From: Frankiales bacterium
Lineage (GTDB): Bacteria > Actinomycetota > Actinomycetes > JAWWOW01
Direction: 5' to 3'
DNA: 64,000 nt
NCBI GenBank assembly: GCA_033851265.1
Contig: JAWWOW010000005.1
Span: forward strand, 224,064-288,063
Notes under the pieces: model-generated
The model's database searches: none
The model's input: only the letters and a program-made list of their open reading frames with translations
Told to the model about the DNA's origin: nothing
Shown: positions 57,368 through 64,000 of the stretch, one piece after another
Position numbering within the stretch: the first letter of the stretch is position 1
How the letters are laid out: every line of letters begins with the position of its first letter
Made by a program: the position numbers and the translations under genes

Positions 57368-58852
57368 ATGACACGCGCCGTTGCTAAGCACGGGCTCACA
57401 CCCGCAGCGGCGTTCGCGGTCGGAGCCGCCCGGCACCCGCAGCGCATAGCTGTTGCCGATGACGACGGGACGATCACCTACACGGAGCTCGAACAACGTG
57501 CTAACGCTGCCGCGCGGGCACTGTCAGAACGCGGTGTCGAGGCAGGCGACCGTGTCGCGCTACTGGCACGCAACTCGCGATGGTTCGTGATCGCGTTATG
57601 TGCTCTGGGCAAGCTGGGCGCAACCGTCGTACACCTCAACACCGGCTTTGCGGGGCCCGCTCTTGCGCAGGCGCTCAATGACGAGAACGTGCGCGGGGTC
57701 GTGTACGACGCGGAGTTCGCGGATCTACTCGCGGAGGGCATGCGCGGTCGGCTGTCGCTCACGACGGACGAATTGGCGAAGGTTGCTCGCGGCACTGTTG
57801 GGTCCGTGCCGCGCGCGAGTTCGCACGGGGGCCAGGTCATCCTCACGTCTGGCACCACCGGCCGAGCCAAAGGCGCGGAGCGAACCGCTCCGGGCGGCTT
57901 GGGTGGTCTCGAAACGTTGACCGCGCTGCTGGGAGCGATCCCGCTCCGAGCAGGAGAGCCGACGGTGATCGCGGCGCCGATGTTCCACACTTGGGGATTC
58001 GCCCATCTGACCCTCGGCAGCCTGCTCGGGTCGACTCTCGTTGTGCGCCGAAAGTTCAATCCGGAGCAGACGCTCGCGGATATCGAGACGCATCGCGCCA
58101 CTGCGCTCGCCGTCGTGCCAGTCATGCTGCAGCGAATTCTCGACCTGCCCAAGAATGTGCATTCGAAGTACGACGTCGCTTCGTTGCGAGTCGTTGCTTG
58201 TAGCGGTTCGGCGCTGCCGGTGGAGGTGGCGCGTCGGTGGACCGAGGTGTTCGGCGACACCTTGTACAACCTCTATGGCTCAACCGAAGTGGCCTACGCG
58301 ACGCTGGCAAAACCCGAGGACCTGCGCGCCGCTCCGGGCACGGTTGGGCGGCCGATGCGCGGCGCCATTGTCATGCTCCTCGACGAAAAGGGGCATCGGG
58401 TCCCAGCGGGCGAGGTCGGCCGCATCTTCGTCGGCAATCCGATGTCGTTTGAGGGATACACGAGCGGCGGTGACAAAGAGCGGCAGGATGGGCTCGTCGC
58501 GACCGGCGACATCGGTCGCTTCGACGAGGAGGGACGGCTGTTCGTCGAAGGGCGCGACGACGACATGATCGTGTCCGGCGGCGAGAACGTCTTTCCCGGT
58601 CAGGTCGAAGAATTGCTACTTGCCCGCCCCGAGGTCGGCGACGTTGCTGTCGTCGGCGTACCCGACGATGAATTCGGTGCCCGCCTCGTCGCTCACGTCG
58701 TTGCTGCCGACGGCAACGCGATCGACGAAGAGGCATTGCGCGCACATGTGAAGGACAACCTCGGCCGCATCTACGTGCCGCGTGACGTGGTGGTTCACGA
58801 CGAGCTTCCACGCAACGCCACCGGCAAGGTGCTCAAACGCGAGCTCCGCTAA
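57368..58852 (+). CDS. AMP-dependent acyl-CoA synthetase/ligase (FadD-like)
   Basis: TSGTTGRAKG AMP-binding motif. C-terminal …GKVLKREL. Confidence 0.8.
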   Translation: MTRAVAKHGLTPAAAFAVGAARHPQRIAVADDDGTITYTELEQRANAAARALSERGVEAGDRVALLARNSRWFVIALCALGKLGATVVHLNTGFAGPALAQALNDENVRGVVYDAEFADLLAEGMRGRLSLTTDELAKVARGTVGSVPRASSHGGQVILTSGTTGRAKGAERTAPGGLGGLETLTALLGAIPLRAGEPTVIAAPMFHTWGFAHLTLGSLLGSTLVVRRKFNPEQTLADIETHRATALAVVPVMLQRILDLPKNVHSKYDVASLRVVACSGSALPVEVARRWTEVFGDTLYNLYGSTEVAYATLAKPEDLRAAPGTVGRPMRGAIVMLLDEKGHRVPAGEVGRIFVGNPMSFEGYTSGGDKERQDGLVATGDIGRFDEEGRLFVEGRDDDMIVSGGENVFPGQVEELLLARPEVGDVAVVGVPDDEFGARLVAHVVAADGNAIDEEALRAHVKDNLGRIYVPRDVVVHDELPRNATGKVLKRELR

Positions 58853-58928
58853 GCACGAGGCGTAGCCGGCGCCCTGTGTTTCGGGTAGCGAAGAGCGCAG
58901 TTACAGGGGCCAACGCAGCGCCTCGCGT

Positions 58929-58980
58929 TGATGGTTGTGAAGTTGTGTACGTCAGGACCTACACAGATTCACAACCATCA
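58929..58980. terminator. long imperfect hairpin, candidate bidirectional terminator between the convergent fadD-like gene and pncA
   Basis: 13-bp perfect outer stem TGATGGTTGTGAA / TTCACAACCATCA plus a 6-bp inner stem. Locally AT-richer. No U-tract. Confidence 0.4.
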
Positions 58981-59055
58981 CCTAACGAGGACTTCAGCAC
59001 ATAGGTGGCGCTACGTGCCTGTACATGTGTCCAATAGGCGTTGGTGTCTCGGGCG

Positions 59056-59637
59056 TCATTGGGTGCGGAGCACGGGTTCGCCGTCGAGTCGCACGCCAGC
59101 CACGCGCATCTCCTCTAGCGCCTGTTCGGTCGTGGGTATCGCCACACCTGCCGTCAGCGACAGCAACACGCGAGTGCCGAAACCTTCGCTGATGGCGTCG
59201 AGCGCCGTCGCGCGGACGCAGTGATCGGTGGCGATGCCAACGACGTCGATCTCGGCGACGTCCTGCGCGCGCAGCCACTCGGCGAGCGTTGCGCCGTGGT
59301 CGTCGCGGCCCTCGAATCCGCTGTACGCCGCGGCGTGCTCTCCCTTGCTGAACACCGCTTCCAACGGACCACGGTCCAGGTTGCCGTGCAGCTCGGCGCC
59401 CGGTGTGCCGGCGAGGCAATGCGCCGGCCAGGTGTTGATGTAGTCAGGATCGTCGGCGAAGTGTCTGCCGGGATCGACGTGCCAGTCCCGCGTCGCGACG
59501 ACGTGCGAGTACTCCGCGGGGTGGGCGTCGATGTGCTTGGTGATGGCTGCCGCGACATCGGCACCGCCGAGTACGGCGAGACTGCCGCCCTCACAGAAGT
59601 CGTTCTGTACGTCGACCACGACGAGCGTGCGCGTCAT
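59056..59637 (-). CDS. pncA: nicotinamidase/pyrazinamidase (isochorismatase family)
   Basis: VVVDVQNDF…ATDHCV… catalytic Asp/Lys/Cys pattern. Confidence 0.85.
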   Translation of the reverse strand: MTRTLVVVDVQNDFCEGGSLAVLGGADVAAAITKHIDAHPAEYSHVVATRDWHVDPGRHFADDPDYINTWPAHCLAGTPGAELHGNLDRGPLEAVFSKGEHAAAYSGFEGRDDHGATLAEWLRAQDVAEIDVVGIATDHCVRATALDAISEGFGTRVLLSLTAGVAIPTTEQALEEMRVAGVRLDGEPVLRTQ

Positions 59638-60932
59638 GCGGACGCCTCCTCGTAGATCGTGCGAAGCGCAGGTGGCCCTGATGACGGGCGCAACGCATCG
59701 GCCGGTAGCTCCGCCATTGCCTGACGGTGATGCGAGCGTAGATCGTCCAGCGCGGGTGTCTCGACGACCTCGCCGTGCTGAACGAGCGGCACCGTGAGCA
59801 CGCGTTCGTCATCGCGAGCCGCTCCAGGTCGGTCGACGTAGACGACTTCGGCTACCGCCGTGCCGTGGGCGTCCCGGCGACGCGCCGCCGACTTGACGCC
59901 GCCGGTGCCGACTTTGCCGATCGACGCTTTAGCGATCGGCTCGAGTGGACCGTCAGGTGTCCGAGCACGTGCAACCAACTTGTAGATGAAGCCGGCGGTC
60001 GGCGTGCCGCCACCCATCGCGACTGCTGTGCCGACGCCAAACGCGTCGACCGGCTCATGACTGAGCGCCGTGATCGCGTTCTCGTCAAGGTCGCTCGTCA
60101 CGACGATGCGTGTGTGTGTGGCCCCGAGCTCATCGAGCAACCGTCGAACCTCGCGGGCCGTTTGCGCAAGGTCGCCACTGTCGATGCGGACTGCGCCGAG
60201 CTCCGGTCCGGCCAACTCGACCGCGGCGCGCACACCCGCCAGGACGTCATACGTGTCGACGAGAAGCGTCGTGCTCTTGCCCAGCGCATCGAGCTGAGCC
60301 GCGAAGGCCTGCCGCTCCTCGTCATGCAGCAACGTGAACGCGTGCGCGCTCGTCCCCGCCGTCGGCACGCCGTACCGCGCTCCCGCAGCAAGGTTCGACG
60401 TCGAGTCGAAGCCGGCGATATAGGCAGCACGGGCCGCCGCGACCGCCGCTTCCTCATGCGTACGCCGCGACCCCATCTCGATGCACGGACGTCCGTCGGC
60501 CGCAACGACCATTCGCGCTGCCGCAGTTGCCACCGCCGAGTCATGGTTGAAAACCGACAACGTCAACGTCTCCAGGAGCACCGCCTCGGCGAACGTTCCA
60601 TGCACAACCAGGACGGGCGAGCCCGGGAAGAACAGTTCACCTTCCCGGTAGCCGTTGATGTCACCAACAAACCGGTAGTCGGACAGCCAGCGCAGCGTGT
60701 CGTCATCGACCACCTTGTCGCGCGACAGAGCTGCCAGCGTCGGGTCGTCAAACCGAAAGTCCTGCAATGCATCGAGGAGGCGACCGGTCCCGGCGACCAC
60801 GCCGTACCTGCGATCCGCGAGATGTCGGCGTACGAACACCTCGAACACGCAGCGCCGTTCGGCGGTGCCAGCCCGCAGCGCCGCCTGCAGCATGGTCAGC
60901 TCGTACCGGTCGGTGTAGAGCGCAGTGCTCAC
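59634..60932 (-). CDS. pncB: nicotinate phosphoribosyltransferase
   Basis: MSTALYTDRYELTMLQA… NAPRTase family. ATGA overlap with pncA. Confidence 0.9.
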   Translation of the reverse strand: MSTALYTDRYELTMLQAALRAGTAERRCVFEVFVRRHLADRRYGVVAGTGRLLDALQDFRFDDPTLAALSRDKVVDDDTLRWLSDYRFVGDINGYREGELFFPGSPVLVVHGTFAEAVLLETLTLSVFNHDSAVATAAARMVVAADGRPCIEMGSRRTHEEAAVAAARAAYIAGFDSTSNLAAGARYGVPTAGTSAHAFTLLHDEERQAFAAQLDALGKSTTLLVDTYDVLAGVRAAVELAGPELGAVRIDSGDLAQTAREVRRLLDELGATHTRIVVTSDLDENAITALSHEPVDAFGVGTAVAMGGGTPTAGFIYKLVARARTPDGPLEPIAKASIGKVGTGGVKSAARRRDAHGTAVAEVVYVDRPGAARDDERVLTVPLVQHGEVVETPALDDLRSHHRQAMAELPADALRPSSGPPALRTIYEEASA

Positions 60933-60967
60933 GACTCAAACCCTAGGCATCTGCGTGCGACCATGGT

Positions 60968-61267
60968 GTGGTGAGCGAGACGGCTACCGCCCCGACCGAG
61001 GTGGACGAGCCGAACATCGATGAAGCCGCGCTCGCGGCACGTATCTGGATCACCATCGTGTGGAACGATCCGGTGAATCTCATGTCGTACGTCACGCTCG
61101 TCTTTCAGAAGTTGTTCGGCTACAGCCGGGAGAAGGCGACCAAGCTAATGCTGCAGGTGCACGAGCAGGGCCGCGCGGTCGTCTCGAACGGCACCCGGGA
61201 GCAGATGGAGCGCGACGTTGCCCGGTTGCACGCAGCCGGCCTCTGGGCCACGCTCCAGCAGGACTGA
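60968..61267 (+). CDS. clpS: ATP-dependent Clp protease adaptor ClpS
   Basis: ClpS core [46 protein letters not shown]. Confidence 0.85.
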   Translation: MVSETATAPTEVDEPNIDEAALAARIWITIVWNDPVNLMSYVTLVFQKLFGYSREKATKLMLQVHEQGRAVVSNGTREQMERDVARLHAAGLWATLQQD

Positions 61268-61277
61268 GTCCCAGCGG

Positions 61278-61838
61278 GTGGTAGCACGATTCCGGTCGAC
61301 GCGGCGCGGGCCGTCGGCGAACCTTGCAGCGGGTGAGGCCGTTCTTCTCGGCGTACTCCTGGCCGACCTCCTGACCCTGTTGGCCGGCGACGAGGAGACC
61401 GACAGCGAGAGTGAGCAGGCCGACCCGCTCGAGGTCATCACCGGCATGAGCGACGCGCACCAGTCCGGCGTCGTACCCGATGACCCTGTCCTCGCCCGGC
61501 TGCTGCCTGACGCATATGCCGACGACCCGGAGCGCGCCGCGGAGTTCCGCAGGTACACGGAGGACGAGCTGCGAGCCGCGAAACGCACGGCGGCACGCGC
61601 GGTCCTCGAAAGCTTGCCGGCGGAGGGTGGCAAGGTCGTCCTCGATGCGGCGTTGACCGACGCCTGGCTCGGGGCGCTCAACGACTTGCGACTGGCGTTG
61701 GGTACGCGGCTCGAGGTGACCGAGGACTCGTACAAAGAACTCGAGGGCATGGACCCCACGACCCGCCGGGCTCGCGAACTGAACGTCTTCCTCTGGCTCG
61801 GCTACCTGCAGGAAACCCTCGTCGACACGCAGTTCTGA
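61278..61838 (+). CDS. DUF2017 domain protein (ClpS-associated)
   Basis: Conserved actinobacterial clpS neighbour. GTG 61278 chosen. Confidence 0.65.
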   Translation: MVARFRSTRRGPSANLAAGEAVLLGVLLADLLTLLAGDEETDSESEQADPLEVITGMSDAHQSGVVPDDPVLARLLPDAYADDPERAAEFRRYTEDELRAAKRTAARAVLESLPAEGGKVVLDAALTDAWLGALNDLRLALGTRLEVTEDSYKELEGMDPTTRRARELNVFLWLGYLQETLVDTQF

Positions 61839-61864
61839 GGCGATGGTCGGCTAGCCTCGCCGCC

Positions 61865-62278
61865 GTGTTGACGATCGACCAGGAGACGTACGACGCCATC
61901 GTTGCGCACGCGCGTCGGGATCACCCCGACGAGGCGTGCGGCATGGTCGCGGGGGTCGGCGGGCGAGCAACACGGGTCATCGAGATGACGAACGCGGCGC
62001 GGTCACCGACGTTCTACGAGATGGACTCGATGGAGGTCCTGCGCACGCTCCGCGCCATGGACGACGCCGACGAGGAGCTGCTGGCGATCTACCACTCGCA
62101 TACCGCGACCGAGGCGTACCCGTCGCGCACGGACATCGCGATTGCGGGCTTTCCCGAGGCGCACTACGTCCTGGTCTCAACGCGGGAGTCCGACAGCGTG
62201 GAGTTCCGGTCGTTCCGGATCGATGACGGCCAGGTGTCGGAGGAACAGGTCGAGGTCGTCCCTAGGAGGCCCGATTAG
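61865..62278 (+). CDS. mec: Mov34/MPN/JAMM metalloprotease Mec (CysO-cleaving)
   Basis: JAMM motif HSHTATEAYPSRTD. Upstream Glu and Cys (EACGMVAG). Confidence 0.85.
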   Translation: MLTIDQETYDAIVAHARRDHPDEACGMVAGVGGRATRVIEMTNAARSPTFYEMDSMEVLRTLRAMDDADEELLAIYHSHTATEAYPSRTDIAIAGFPEAHYVLVSTRESDSVEFRSFRIDDGQVSEEQVEVVPRRPD

Positions 62279-62349
62279 GCGGAATCTCTGCGCCATGGGA
62301 CGGGTTTGGGACACTAGACATCCACGTCCCCTCTTAGGAGCCCGCACCC

Positions 62350-62622
62350 ATGGCAGTCGAGGTCCGGATCCCGACGATCCTGCGCACTTACACCGACGAC
62401 GCGAAGGCCGTCGAGGGCAAAGGGGACAACCTCGATGAGCTGTTCGCCGACCTGGACGCGCGGTATCCCGGGTTGCGCGATCGGCTCGTGGAGGACGGCG
62501 CGCTCCGGCGGTTCGTCAACGTCTACCTGAACGATGAGGACGTGCGTTTCCTCGGCGGGCTGGCGACTCCGGTCGGCGACGGTGACGTCGTGACGGTGCT
62601 GCCGGCGGTCGCCGGCGGCTGA
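62350..62622 (+). CDS. cysO: sulfur carrier protein CysO (MoaD/ThiS fold, C-terminal GG)
   Basis: 90 aa ending …LPAVAGG. Confidence 0.85.
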   Translation: MAVEVRIPTILRTYTDDAKAVEGKGDNLDELFADLDARYPGLRDRLVEDGALRRFVNVYLNDEDVRFLGGLATPVGDGDVVTVLPAVAGG

Positions 62623-63585
<963 letters not shown>

Positions 63586-63762
63586 CCCCGCGCACTGGGT
63601 GATCTGCCCGCCAGTAACTCACCACTTGCACGGGACGCCGCTGGTTAGGTCACCCAGTAGCGTGACGAATGTCCCGGTCTGGATCGGTTCCGTGCACAGA
63701 TCGTGACCAGCATCACCCCATGAGCGGGTCTGCGTACGTGGACGGATGGCTAGGCTGATTTT

Positions 63763-64000
63763 GTGAACGACGCACCGGTCGGGGTGTTCGATTCGGGAGT
63801 TGGCGGCCTAACAGTGGCCCGCGCGATCCTCGATCAGCTTCCGCATGAGCCGGTTCTGTACGTCGGTGACACCGCCCGTGCGCCGTACGGTCCCCGTTCC
63901 CTCGCCGACGTCCGCAGCTGCTCACTCGAGCTCCTGGACCACCTCGTCGACCGGGGTGTGAAGGCCCTGGTCATTGCGTGTAACGCGGCCAGCAGCGCCT
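63763..64000 (+). CDS. murI: glutamate racemase (3' end outside window)
   Basis: [13 protein letters not shown]-terminal signature. Start GTG 63763 or TTG 63761. Confidence 0.75.
   Translation, partial: MNDAPVGVFDSGVGGLTVARAILDQLPHEPVLYVGDTARAPYGPRSLADVRSCSLELLDHLVDRGVKALVIACNAASSA

Noticed and set aside
63713-63925. 70-aa minus-strand ORF
   Set aside because: It is antisense to the murI N-terminus with its canonical glutamate-racemase signature.

Overview
This is a high-GC (about 70%) actinobacterial chromosomal segment with dense coding on both strands and Mycobacterium-like synteny. I found no transposase, integrase, CRISPR array, rRNA or tRNA.

Conserved backbone genes:
- giant NAD-glutamate dehydrogenase
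- prfB-ftsE-ftsX-S41 protease-smpB
- tmRNA (ssrA)
- pncB-pncA
- clpS-DUF2017
- mec-cysO-cysM-murI

Accessory modules between them:
1. a Tad/Flp pilus operon (cpaF-tadB-tadC-pilin-like-tadE/G x3) next to a divergent Calx-beta surface protein;
2. an FtsX-like permease coupled to an ABC ATPase fused to a cyclic-nucleotide-binding domain;
3. a roughly 5 kb cassette (MFS transporter, ArsR-like/DUF5937 regulator, amidohydrolase, sulfotransferase, beta-propeller glycoside-hydrolase-like gene) wedged between smpB and ssrA;
4. a GGDEF-EAL c-di-GMP enzyme with a perfect palindrome in its leader;
5. a stress module (tandem CsbD, small membrane proteins, MEDS+GHKL anti-sigma-like protein, DUF1360);
6. a catabolic cluster (aldehyde dehydrogenase, IclR, LLM monooxygenase, a hotdog-DUF35-hotdog triple fusion and an Ltp-type thiolase, reminiscent of ChsH/Ltp2);
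7. an RsbW-like kinase with an uncharacterised co-translated partner.

Several regulatory-looking repeats and hairpins, a CTG start overlapping a stop (CTGA), and an AT-rich all-frame stop island are described below. All coordinates are from manual reading of the sequence and the supplied ORF track; gene starts are often uncertain by a few codons.
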